IMG/VR virus record: IMGVR_UViG_3300024249_000021 | Location: 1 to 34,345 of that record | Direction: 5' to 3' (one strand) | DNA: 34,345 nt | Source of the DNA: a virus | Taxonomy: Duplodnaviria; Caudoviricetes | In this document: piece after piece, positions 16,181-24,385 of the stretch | How the letters are laid out: every line of letters begins with the position of its first letter | Position numbering within the stretch: position 1 is the first letter of the stretch | Notes under the pieces: model-generated | Seen by the model: only the letters and a program-made list of their open reading frames with translations | Databases searched by the model: none | Told to the model about the DNA's origin: nothing | Made by a program: the position numbers and the translations under genes

Positions 16181-16671
16181 GCGTTTGCAAGTGCGGACAT
16201 GAGGAGAGCCTGCACCATCATCGCAAGGGATGCACGTTTTGCGATCCGGCAACGCTAAAATTTTGCAAGTGTGAAGAGTTTCGTGAATCAAATCTAACCG
16301 AAGAAGGAGTAAGTGAAATGGCAAAGAAAGACAATACACGGCTGATTGTACGGTACGAACCCACGGCAAAGGACGGCGCAGAGTTGCTTTTGAAAGATAA
16401 CAACTCTCAGGCGGCGGCAATGTACCGCGCGCTGGCAAATGCAAAAGAGCCTCTGACGATCAAAGAGTGCTACAAGGCGTGCGAGGGCAAGATGGAAAGC
16501 AACGCGGCCTGGGAGCGCCTCGGCAAGAACCTCAACTCGACATTGTTTGCGCTGCGCAAGGCAGGGTACGTAAAGAAGCAGGAGCGGCGCGAGGAAGTGG
16601 GGGCGAAGCCCCGCAAGGCGAAGGCCGCTAATGGCTCCGCCAAGCCCAAATCAGCCTCGGCGGCGGCATAG
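16177..16671 (+). CDS. Cys/His-rich domain plus winged-helix-like basic protein (internal start 16318)
   Basis: C.CGH....H....C..C......C.C..F; AAGGAG before ATG 16318; PLTIKE...L..LRK.GYV and Lys/Ala-rich tail. Confidence 0.65.
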   Translation: MSVCKCGHEESLHHHRKGCTFCDPATLKFCKCEEFRESNLTEEGVSEMAKKDNTRLIVRYEPTAKDGAELLLKDNNSQAAAMYRALANAKEPLTIKECYKACEGKMESNAAWERLGKNLNSTLFALRKAGYVKKQERREEVGAKPRKAKAANGSAKPKSASAAA

Positions 16672-16677
16672 GGCTTA

Positions 16678-16868
16678 GAACGAACGGCGTAAGCCGTCGT
16701 TCCGGGCGCTCGGCGGCGCAAGGCGGCAAGGTGAGGGACACCACTCCGCAGCTTGCTCTTGTAACGAGCGCTCCGAAGGGCGGCTTTTGCTCACCGCATT
16801 AGTGGACCTCGCCTAAGTAGTCGCGCCCCAAGTCGCGGCGAAATCAAGCGATAAACCTAGTGCGGTGA
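16678..16868 (+). ncRNA. Candidate structured RNA (three consecutive stem-loops)
   Basis: Stems 16678-88/16693-702 (GTAA loop), 16704-12/16765-73, 16791-802/16857-68, with G-U pairs on the + strand. Confidence 0.45.
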
Positions 16869-16884
16869 AGAGGGGCTTACCGTT

Positions 16885-17073
16885 ATGACCAACCTAGAAA
16901 CCGCAGCAAACTCCGTAGCGCGCGAGCTACACGTGTTTGCGAAGACGCTTAAGGGCGATCATGTTGACGAGTTCTTCCATCCGACGAACCGCGATATGTG
17001 GGTGCGCCGGTTCGCAGAATGGCTCGCCGAGAAGCAAGAGGCGAGCGCGAGAGTGAGGGCGTCGAATGATTAA
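16885..17073 (+). CDS. Hypothetical protein
   Basis: GAGGGG SD; operon packing. Confidence 0.55.
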   Translation: MTNLETAANSVARELHVFAKTLKGDHVDEFFHPTNRDMWVRRFAEWLAEKQEASARVRASND

Positions 17074-17314
17074 TACTCTCTTCGGTTTCGCCGTCGTAAC
17101 GCCGATCCTTCTCCGCGCTCGCTGCATCCGTTCTCACGGCAAGATCGGCGTCTGGGAAACGCGAGGGCCGAAGCGAAGTTTGTATTTAAGCGTAGCGCAC
17201 AATTGGGACGTGGAGCGGCAATGCTGGAACGGGTTGCGCTACGTGATTCGTCGCGGGCTTTACGGCGGCGTGCGCGGGGATTTTGAAGTGTTGAATCTAG
17301 TGGTGCGTGCGTGA
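17066..17314 (+). CDS. Hypothetical protein
   Basis: Overlaps both neighbours. Confidence 0.5.
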   Translation: MINTLFGFAVVTPILLRARCIRSHGKIGVWETRGPKRSLYLSVAHNWDVERQCWNGLRYVIRRGLYGGVRGDFEVLNLVVRA

Positions 17315-17664
17315 ATCGAGAAGCACAATTTCAAGCCAAGTTGCTAAAAGCGCTACGGCGTCATCCGGCGCTAAAAACGTGGAAAGAGATGATTTGGAAA
17401 GTTTCTGATCGCTTCGGCGGCGGGCGGCCCGATCTTCAGATATTTACAGGGGAGACGAATTACTTCGAGCTGAAGGTATGGCCGGAGAGGCCGACAAAGA
17501 TACAGTACTTTTTCTTAAAGAAGTTTGGCAATCGTGGCTATTGGATTCAGTTTCACTCGGAAGGAAAGCATGCGTTGTTTACCCCGAATAACGATTGGCT
17601 GCTTATCAACGTAACGATGGAAGAATTGGCGAGCGCGGTCGTATATAGGTGCTTTCTTGATTGA
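17311..17664 (+). CDS. VRR-NUC / PD-(D/E)xK nuclease
   Basis: E..FQ, G.PDL, FELK, PT.IQ motifs; typical position before SNF2. Confidence 0.8.
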   Translation: MNREAQFQAKLLKALRRHPALKTWKEMIWKVSDRFGGGRPDLQIFTGETNYFELKVWPERPTKIQYFFLKKFGNRGYWIQFHSEGKHALFTPNNDWLLINVTMEELASAVVYRCFLD

Positions 17665-19192
17665 CCTCTACCAACATCAACGAGAAGGCGTCGCATTCTT
17701 AACTAAGCGAACCTCTGCTGGTCTTTGGTGGGAGATGGGCTGCGGCAAATCTCGCGCCGCGCTCATGGCCGCGAAGAAACTATTCGATCAGCACAAAATA
17801 GATAGGGTGCTTGTGCTAGCGCCGGCGGCGGTAAGGTTTGCGTGGCGGGAAGAGATTGAGAAGTTAAACGCCAGAGCGGAAGTACGAAACTTCGTGCCAA
17901 TCGAATACATTTCTGACACGCAATCGTTTTCGTACAAGAACGTCGAAGCGCGTAATGCAAAAGAATGGGGGAAGCAGTGCTTGCCGGTAGTTCTTGTTAG
18001 CTACTCGCTCCTCCCGCAGGAGCGTCATGTCAAAGCATTGGCTGCGTGGTGCAAAGATGGAGGAGTTAAGGCTCTTCTTATTGCGGATGAGTCTTCATTT
18101 CTTAAAAATAGGACTGCTAAGCAGACCAAGTGGGCTGCGAAAATATCTAGCGTTTGCTCTTTCCGGTGGTTGCTTACGGGCACTCCGATTGCTAATTCCC
18201 CCTTAGACCTATACGGCCAAGCTCTTGTTATGTCGAACGGTTCCGGCCCGCTAAAAGGCTTCGCAAACTTCTATCATTTCCGTTCTCGCTATGCAGTGAC
18301 GCAGCCTATGCGCTTCGGCGGCGGGCGAGTATTTCAGCAAGTAACAGGCTATCAGAACTTAGACGAGTTGCAGCGCAAGTTCGCGCCGTATGTTTCGCGA
18401 GTAGAGAAGAAAGATGTCCTTGATTTGCCAGCGAAGAGTTATACCGTTCGAGAGGTCGCGCTAAGCGAAGCGACGTGGAAGATTTACGTTGAGCTGAAGC
18501 GCGAAGCGATGCTCTCGCTACCCGACAGCGACGAACGGCCAGAACCGAATGCGGCGGTACGCATACTGCGGCTCGCGCAGATTACGAGTGGGCATGTAGG
18601 TGGAACTTGGATAGAAGAAGGAGCCTCGGCGTTCGAAGCTACCGACGGTCATCCCATAGCCGGAACTTCCGGAGATAAAGATGTTTCAAGCGAGAAGCTC
18701 GACTTCCTTACCGACTCGATTCTTGACGGCGAACTATCGAACGAACGCGCCCTGATCGTCTGGTGCCGCTGGAGAAGGGAGCGGGAGCGGCTAGCGCGCG
18801 AGCTAAGACTAAAAGCAAAGCTTACCGTGCTGGAAATCTTCGGCGGGCAAAGCCAACCATCGCGCGATGAAGCGATAGAGTTTTTCCAATCGATGAACGT
18901 TCGCCGCGTTCTCCTCGCACAGCCCCACGCTGGCGGCTTCGGCCTTACGCTGACCGCCGCTAGTACCGCTGTCTATTTGTCCAATGACTTCTCCCATACG
19001 ACGCGCGTACAGAGCGAAGACCGCATTCATCGCATCGGGCAGAAGTCGGCATGTCTTTATGTTGACGTAGTAGCTATTGGGCCGCGCGGCCAGCAGACTG
19101 TTGATGTACATATACTCACAGCCTTGCGCGAGAAGAAGTCGCTCGCAGAGCTAACGTGTAAGGCATGGAAGAGGATGCTCGCCGATGGATAA
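17657..19192 (+). CDS. SNF2-family helicase
   Basis: LY.HQ, EMGCGKS, DES, LTGTP..NS..DL, LRL.QI..G, GG.GL.L, QSEDRIHRIGQ. Confidence 0.92.
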   Translation: MIDLYQHQREGVAFLTKRTSAGLWWEMGCGKSRAALMAAKKLFDQHKIDRVLVLAPAAVRFAWREEIEKLNARAEVRNFVPIEYISDTQSFSYKNVEARNAKEWGKQCLPVVLVSYSLLPQERHVKALAAWCKDGGVKALLIADESSFLKNRTAKQTKWAAKISSVCSFRWLLTGTPIANSPLDLYGQALVMSNGSGPLKGFANFYHFRSRYAVTQPMRFGGGRVFQQVTGYQNLDELQRKFAPYVSRVEKKDVLDLPAKSYTVREVALSEATWKIYVELKREAMLSLPDSDERPEPNAAVRILRLAQITSGHVGGTWIEEGASAFEATDGHPIAGTSGDKDVSSEKLDFLTDSILDGELSNERALIVWCRWRRERERLARELRLKAKLTVLEIFGGQSQPSRDEAIEFFQSMNVRRVLLAQPHAGGFGLTLTAASTAVYLSNDFSHTTRVQSEDRIHRIGQKSACLYVDVVAIGPRGQQTVDVHILTALREKKSLAELTCKAWKRMLADG

Positions 19193-19360
19193 AGTATCCG
19201 GCACTCTCGGTGATCTCTCGCGCCGCCGCGCTTCGAAGGGCGGAGCCGGTAAAGGGTATGTTGTGAAAGGCATTTCCGCCGCCTGCAAGAAAGGTGTTCA
19301 TACCGGCTGCTACTCGCTAACGTGCACGTGCAGTTGCGGGCATAAGGGGAAGAATTCAAG

Positions 19361-19714
19361 ATGATACCAAACGTCACACAATTTAACGTTGTGCGCACGC
19401 CCTCCGGCAAGAAGGCGTACGAGGGGTGGGCTGGTAGTTTCAAGAATTGGAACGGACAAGAGTTTACGCTTGTAGCGCCGTCGCTCGACGACCTAAAGCA
19501 GATTTTTGAGCAAGTAACTTCAAATGAGCTAATCGTCGAGGGCGCGCAGCACATTTGGATTGTCAGCGCCGAAAAAGATGCGCCACCAGACGATGCGCCG
19601 GGAGTGAAGCCAGCCGCTGCGAACGTCGCGTGCAGCGTAACAGGCTGCACGAAGCAGGCAGCGTTTATCATTAATAGGAAGTCTCTGTGCGAGGAGCATC
19701 GTAATGCAAAGTGA
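19361..19714 (+). CDS. Hypothetical protein with C-terminal Zn-binding motif
   Basis: CSVTGC...LCEEH; AAGGGG SD. Confidence 0.6.
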   Translation: MIPNVTQFNVVRTPSGKKAYEGWAGSFKNWNGQEFTLVAPSLDDLKQIFEQVTSNELIVEGAQHIWIVSAEKDAPPDDAPGVKPAAANVACSVTGCTKQAAFIINRKSLCEEHRNAK

Positions 19715-19934
19715 TTTCCTCTCAAACCTGGAGCATGCCGGCGCTTACGCCGTTCTCCCGCGCACAGCGATCTACTCCGACAAGCGCAACTTAGAGATTC
19801 ATCTCTCTGCGCTCAAAGCCCAAGGCCACGCTATATCCGCCGACGAAGTGATCGAATACGGCGAGCCGAGCGGGGATATACGGATATTTCATTCGTTGAG
19901 TTGCAAGAAGTGTAAGGAGGAAACGCATGGGTAA
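19704..19934 (+). CDS. Hypothetical protein
   Basis: GAGGAG SD; H...CKKC. Confidence 0.6.
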   Translation: MQSDFLSNLEHAGAYAVLPRTAIYSDKRNLEIHLSALKAQGHAISADEVIEYGEPSGDIRIFHSLSCKKCKEETHG

Positions 19935-20439
19935 GTATACAAAGCTGCGCGGCGTGCTGCCAGCGTTTCAAGAAGAGTCATCGTACCAAGATAAAGTGAA
20001 CGATGAAAAGAAACTTCTTTTGGCGCACGCTGAGAATATGGAAGATGCGAATATAAATAGATTCGCATCGCTTTATGGAGCTGGTAAAGCCGCGAAGGAC
20101 GCACTCGAAGAGCAAATTTCTGCGATCAATATTCGCCTCGAAGCGCTTTCTCAGCTTCTCGTCGAAGCAATGGAGAATCAAGGCGCAGACAAAATCCAGC
20201 TTTCGACAGGCGCTACTGTCTACATCCAAGACACGCCGTACCCGCAAGTAAAAGACCGCGAAGCGCTGATGGCGTGGATAAATAAGAACAAAATGGCGTT
20301 GCTATTGAGCGTCAATTACCAGACGCTGAAAGGAATGACGAACGATATGCTCGTCGCGGGGAAGAAACCGCCTGAAGGGGTAGAAGTTTTTCTGAAGACA
20401 CAAGCGAGGCTCCGCAATGGCGCGTCGAGCGAAGGGTAA
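19927..20439 (+). CDS. Conserved phage replication-module coiled-coil protein
   Basis: AAGGAGG SD; V.D.EAL..W...LL.VN.QTL......G...P.GV motif of the kind found before phage SSB-like genes. Confidence 0.7.
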   Translation: MGKYTKLRGVLPAFQEESSYQDKVNDEKKLLLAHAENMEDANINRFASLYGAGKAAKDALEEQISAINIRLEALSQLLVEAMENQGADKIQLSTGATVYIQDTPYPQVKDREALMAWINKNKMALLLSVNYQTLKGMTNDMLVAGKKPPEGVEVFLKTQARLRNGASSEG

Positions 20440-20629
20440 AGCACGGCGCAGTAAATGGACGAAAGCATTCTTTCGCCGCTACAAGCGCGATTGGCAACGC
20501 GCCGCGCGCGGCGGATTTGCGCGCCCGAAAGCGAAGAAAGGCAGCCGTACGATCGCGATTTTAGGGGTACGAGTAAATCTAACGAGGATGGGGAAAAATG
20601 GCACAACAGAAACCAGCAGTACCAAGTAA
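20417..20629 (+). CDS. Possible small Arg/Lys-rich protein (frame uncertain; alternative 20455..20688)
   Basis: Fills the gap between two firm genes; no family motif. Confidence 0.3.
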   Translation: MARRAKGKARRSKWTKAFFRRYKRDWQRAARGGFARPKAKKGSRTIAILGVRVNLTRMGKNGTTETSSTK

Positions 20630-21473
20630 GCCGGTTCAACAGAGACAAGCGGTTCATAATCCACCGCCGCAGCAGAGACAAGAGATAGTCAAACATTCTC
20701 CGCAAGCGCTCGCAGAAGTCCCCGAGTGGCTGCGCCGCTCGGACGGGGCACCGCCTGCCGGGCTAGAGAACATGGATAGGCAGGACATGACGCTACCGCG
20801 TCTCGGACTGGCGCAAGCTCTTTCTCCGCAGCTTTCTGAATCAGACCCGAAGTACATCGACGGCTTGCGGCCCGGCATGTTCTTCAACACGATCACAAAA
20901 GAGAGCTACGGCAAGAGCGTGCAACTCGTGCCGCTACTCTTCTACAAGACGCGTATTCTCTTCGGCGCTATCGACGATGGTGGTGGCTTGCGTTGCCAGT
21001 CGCCCGATAACCTAGTCGGGATTGGCGAGCCTGGCGGGACGTGCATCAAGTGCCCGTTCTCGCAGTTCGGTAGCGCGCGCAACGGCGAAGGAAAAGGCAC
21101 GGCGTGCAATCAGTTCTTTAACTACGCAGCGCTGATCGTAAACGATGGCGCTGTTTCGCCCGAAGGGTTGCTCGTGTTCTCGCTCAAGTCATCAGCGCTT
21201 CGCGTCGCGAAGGATTGGAACGCGCTGATTCGCATTCGCAATCTCGATATCTTTGCCGGCGTCTACGAGATCACGAGCGTCGAACGAAAGAATGACGTAG
21301 GCCGCTGGTACGAGCCGGTCGTTAACCCTGCAGGCAACGTGACGCGCGAGACGTACGAATCGGCGAAAGTAGCTTACGCCGCCGTAGCTGAGCTGAACAA
21401 GGCGGGGCGGTTGCGGCACGACGTTGAGGATTTGAACCCGGAGGCGGGAGCAGAAGAACCCGCTCCGTTCTAG
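20598..21473 (+). CDS. Putative single-stranded DNA-binding protein
   Basis: G.EN....D..LPRL.LAQ.LSPQ, C..CP..QFGS...G.G.AC, acidic C-terminus ending in PF. Confidence 0.65.
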   Translation: MAQQKPAVPSKPVQQRQAVHNPPPQQRQEIVKHSPQALAEVPEWLRRSDGAPPAGLENMDRQDMTLPRLGLAQALSPQLSESDPKYIDGLRPGMFFNTITKESYGKSVQLVPLLFYKTRILFGAIDDGGGLRCQSPDNLVGIGEPGGTCIKCPFSQFGSARNGEGKGTACNQFFNYAALIVNDGAVSPEGLLVFSLKSSALRVAKDWNALIRIRNLDIFAGVYEITSVERKNDVGRWYEPVVNPAGNVTRETYESAKVAYAAVAELNKAGRLRHDVEDLNPEAGAEEPAPF

Positions 21474-21481
21474 CGGAGACA

Positions 21482-21616
21482 CCTAAACTGTGTCGTTAGC
21501 CCCGGTAAGTGGGCAACGGTTTAGGGCAGGGGATGGCTGAAAAGTTCGGGTGCGGCGACTCTTACAAGCGGCCCGAAGCCGACTTTTCCTTGACGGGAGC
21601 GGTCGGTCATCCCCTG
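21482..21616 (+). ncRNA. Candidate structured RNA (hairpin plus multibranch stem)
   Basis: CCTAAACTGT/ACGGTTTAGG (21482-91/21516-25); 14-bp CAGGGGATGGCTGA/TCGGTCATCCCCTG (21527-40/21603-16) enclosing further stems. Confidence 0.5.
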
Positions 21617-21640
21617 TAAAAATTTTAGGAGGATTGCCAC

Positions 21641-21871
21641 ATGGAATCAATACCGTCTAAGCGCGACGTTAACCGCGCGATCTACGAGCTAGAGATCGGA
21701 TTTTGGGAAGCGAACCGGATGCGGGGATATTATGCAGGGTTACGTGCGAAGCGCTGGATGGCGCAGCCGCTTTTTACGTTCGCCGGAGTGACGGTCTCGC
21801 GGTGGTATCCAGTACAGGTTGCAGCGGCGGTGATCTTTGTAGCGAGCGCGCTGTTGTGGCTGGCGTTGTGA
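21641..21871 (+). CDS. Small protein with C-terminal transmembrane helix
   Basis: AGGAGG SD; VQVAAAVIFVASALLWLAL. Confidence 0.65.
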   Translation: MESIPSKRDVNRAIYELEIGFWEANRMRGYYAGLRAKRWMAQPLFTFAGVTVSRWYPVQVAAAVIFVASALLWLAL

Positions 21872-21899
21872 TCGAACATAGTGGATTTAGGGCGGGAAA

Positions 21900-22112
21900 A
21901 TGAGCGGGCGCTACGAGGTCGGATATAACAAGCCGATTCACGGAAGTTGGGGATTGCAGTACGAGAAGGTATTGGAGACCGATGACCTCGAAGCGGCATA
22001 CGCAGAGATTCGGGAGCAGAGGAAGTTAGGCCATACAAGGGGGCTTTTGCTTTACGACACAGTAGAGAAAGTAATTTGTGTGCAGCCGGATTCAACAGGA
22101 GATTTGCCATGA
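21900..22112 (+). CDS. Hypothetical protein
   Basis: ORF in the early small-gene array. Confidence 0.55.
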   Translation: MSGRYEVGYNKPIHGSWGLQYEKVLETDDLEAAYAEIREQRKLGHTRGLLLYDTVEKVICVQPDSTGDLP

Positions 22113-22160
22113 ATTTATCTGACTCCATCAAGGCCATGCCGACGCAGCTGGACGGGCATA

Positions 22161-22307
22161 ATGCCTGAGCCAACGAAAGCGGCGGAGTGGTACCGCTGGC
22201 TGAAGCTGCTGGTTGAGCGTGGGATTTGGCAAGAGCGCAACGGCAGGCTGGTTGTGGATTTAAGCGAGGAAGAATACGCGAAGTTGAAGCAGGTTGCGGG
22301 CAGGTGA
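22161..22307 (+). CDS. Hypothetical 48-aa protein (MPEPTKAAEWYRW...)
   Basis: Translated by hand; fills the gap with plausible composition. Confidence 0.45.
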   Translation: MPEPTKAAEWYRWLKLLVERGIWQERNGRLVVDLSEEEYAKLKQVAGR

Positions 22308-22340
22308 GCGGCTATCAGCCGAGAGGAAGGGGTAACGAAA

Positions 22341-22562
22341 ATGGATTTAGTAGCCACAGCGCCAAAAAAGGGCGACATCCGCGACAAAGTACAGCGATTG
22401 CGCATTAAGGCCGAAACGCCAGAGGAAATTGAATATGTCACTCTGATGTATCAAGCATTGCTGATGAAATATTTCCCGGAGAGGGCTAAGCCGAGCGACG
22501 AGAAAATGGCTGCATTTCTAGATGGACTTTCTAAGTTTGGTCGGCCCACGGCCCAGAGCTAA
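22341..22562 (+). CDS. Hypothetical protein
   Basis: Purine-rich SD; small-gene array. Confidence 0.55.
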   Translation: MDLVATAPKKGDIRDKVQRLRIKAETPEEIEYVTLMYQALLMKYFPERAKPSDEKMAAFLDGLSKFGRPTAQS

Positions 22563-22580
22563 GAGCGAAGCGGGGGCAAC

Positions 22581-22769
22581 ATGAAGCGCAGGAAGGCTAA
22601 CAAAAAGAAACTATGGGGCAGGTGGCTGACCGAGCTTTGCTCTTTTGCGATGCGCGAAGCCGAGATGACGGTTGACATGACGGCTGATTATTGGCGTGCG
22701 TGCTTCGAGAGCGGCATGTCGCCAGAGCAGGCGTTCAGGGAAAGTTTCGTTGAGCAGGACGGAATTTAG
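22581..22769 (+). CDS. Hypothetical protein
   Basis: GGGGG SD; W...FE.G.SPE.A motif common in small phage ORFs. Confidence 0.6.
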   Translation: MKRRKANKKKLWGRWLTELCSFAMREAEMTVDMTADYWRACFESGMSPEQAFRESFVEQDGI

Positions 22770-22821
22770 GCCCAGCCGCACGGCTAGAAGGGGCCGCGAG
22801 CCAGTTTGCACAGGCAGAGGA

Positions 22822-23013
22822 ATGATGCGCAAAACAAAAATACACGAAATCCCTGAGAGACAATTATCTAAAGGCGGTAAGGTGATTTTAGCAGCCGTGA
22901 ATACCGTGCTTGACTGGTATTGCCACAGCGATGCGCCACCGCCACCGTGGGCACGAATCAGCCCATATAAAGAAATCGTAGCGTCACTTCCACAAGAGAT
23001 TTGCGAGAAATGA
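22822..23013 (+). CDS. Hypothetical protein
   Basis: GAGG before ATG; ATGA overlap with the next ORF. Confidence 0.45.
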   Translation: MMRKTKIHEIPERQLSKGGKVILAAVNTVLDWYCHSDAPPPPWARISPYKEIVASLPQEICEK

Positions 23014-23171
23014 AATTCTTCGTGATGATTCGCCACCAGAAGGGATTTCCGATGCCGATGGTGGACGAGAACGAGGACGTGAAGCTGTTCGACACACGCG
23101 AAGAGGCTGAGGAAGCTGGTAAGAAGAATTTGTTTGGCGAGACGTTCGGCTATGAAGTTTACGAGTGGTGA
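23010..23171 (+). CDS. Hypothetical 53-aa protein (MKFFVMIRHQKG...FDTREEAEEA)
   Basis: Hand translation; F.TREEAE motif typical of small phage proteins. Confidence 0.6.
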   Translation: MKFFVMIRHQKGFPMPMVDENEDVKLFDTREEAEEAGKKNLFGETFGYEVYEW

Positions 23172-23232
23172 TCGCCGGGGCGCGGCAGGCCCAGCGGGAA
23201 AGAGGGGGAATTCGGTGAGACGACGCAGGAGA

Positions 23233-23445
23233 ATGGTTCGCACGACGCTACGCTGGCCCGACGTGATGCAGCTCAAGGCGAAAGAGATTGCCGACCGCGA
23301 ATGTATTTCCATACAGGAGCTTTTGATTTCAGCAGTTCGCAATTTCATTAAGCAAGACGAACGAAGGCAGATTGACGAGGCTTTTGTAGGGATTGGCCAG
23401 CACCCCGGCCCAGCAGACAAGGAGGAGCGGCATGACGCTGAGTGA
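23233..23445 (+). CDS. Ribbon-helix-helix DNA-binding protein
   Basis: RTTLRWPD.....AK.IA....ISIQELL..AV; AGGAG SD. Confidence 0.65.
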   Translation: MVRTTLRWPDVMQLKAKEIADRECISIQELLISAVRNFIKQDERRQIDEAFVGIGQHPGPADKEERHDAE

Positions 23446-23560
23446 AAAACGACCAGATTCTCCGGTAGGCAGAATACTTTGCGAGGGCCGCAAGAAGCCG
23501 ACAGTGCTATTTCCGGTGCGGGCCACTTCGCCACTTTGAGCAAGGGGGAGGGATGGGTAA

Positions 23561-23719
23561 ATGGGTGAACTGACTTTCTGGGACAAGGTGCGTGAGTGGA
23601 TTGGTGGCGTGGCGTTCCGAGTGTTTCTTTGGTCTTGCCGAATGACCGAAGAGTGCTATTGGAAACACGTTTATGAACTTGAGGCCGAGCGCCGCCAGCA
23701 GCCATCGGATGGGAAGTAG
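23561..23719 (+). CDS. Hypothetical 52-aa protein (MGELTFWDKVREW...)
   Basis: Hand translation; GGAGG upstream. Confidence 0.5.
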   Translation: MGELTFWDKVREWIGGVAFRVFLWSCRMTEECYWKHVYELEAERRQQPSDGK

Positions 23720-23759
23720 GAGCGGGCGAGCCAGTCACAGGGAAACAAGAGGAGCAAAT

Positions 23760-24149
23760 ATGGGAATCGAATACACGACCGAAGGGCCAGTTGATCCTGA
23801 GCGGCACGACGAAGCAAGAGAACTGTACGAAGCCGAACAGGAGCACAATGCCGCCGCCCCACCACCGGCGAATGACGAGCTGCGGGCGCGAGGCCATTGG
23901 TTGATTTACTTTGCTGACCTTGATATGCCGATAGAATGTTTTTCTGGTGAGAATGCTGAACAATCGGCGCGGAAACGATACGAGGCTGCTTCTCTAAATT
24001 GGGACTGTGTTCTGTTTTGTGACGCGGCGCTTCTCGCCCAAGTCGCTGCGCGAGCGCGGCTAGAGGAGCATGATGCAACATGCAAACAATGCTTCTTTCA
24101 GCAATGCCCGCGCGGGGCCGAACTCCAGAAGGCGGTGACGGGACAATGA
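23760..24149 (+). CDS. Hypothetical protein
   Basis: GAGGAG SD before ATG 23760. Confidence 0.6.
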   Translation: MGIEYTTEGPVDPERHDEARELYEAEQEHNAAAPPPANDELRARGHWLIYFADLDMPIECFSGENAEQSARKRYEAASLNWDCVLFCDAALLAQVAARARLEEHDATCKQCFFQQCPRGAELQKAVTGQ

Positions 24150-24385
24150 GCAAAGCAATCGGGCGAATCTATCCAAAGAAAACTATGTTCTTGCGCCAGC
24201 ACGTCGGCGATGCGAAAAGCGGAAAAACAGGCTACGAGATGTCTTTCAACATTGGTGGGTCGCACCCAATCATTCGCAGTAATCAGACCGGAAAATGGTG
24301 GACGGTTTCGTGGCAGGAACTTATCGAGCTTGCAATTAAAAAGGGAATTGATGTGTCAGAGGGCGGGTGCGCTAATGGAGACTGA
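24146..24385 (+). CDS. Hypothetical protein
   Basis: ATGA coupling to the upstream gene. Confidence 0.6.
   Translation: MSKAIGRIYPKKTMFLRQHVGDAKSGKTGYEMSFNIGGSHPIIRSNQTGKWWTVSWQELIELAIKKGIDVSEGGCANGD

Noticed and set aside
21527-21616. tRNA gene (starts GGGGATGGCTGA)
   Set aside because: No TTCRA T-loop in position, no 7-nt anticodon arm, no CCA
22611-23963. 450-aa minus-strand ORF
   Set aside because: Antisense to several + genes with good SDs; Ser/Pro/Arg/Leu-rich shadow composition; no motif
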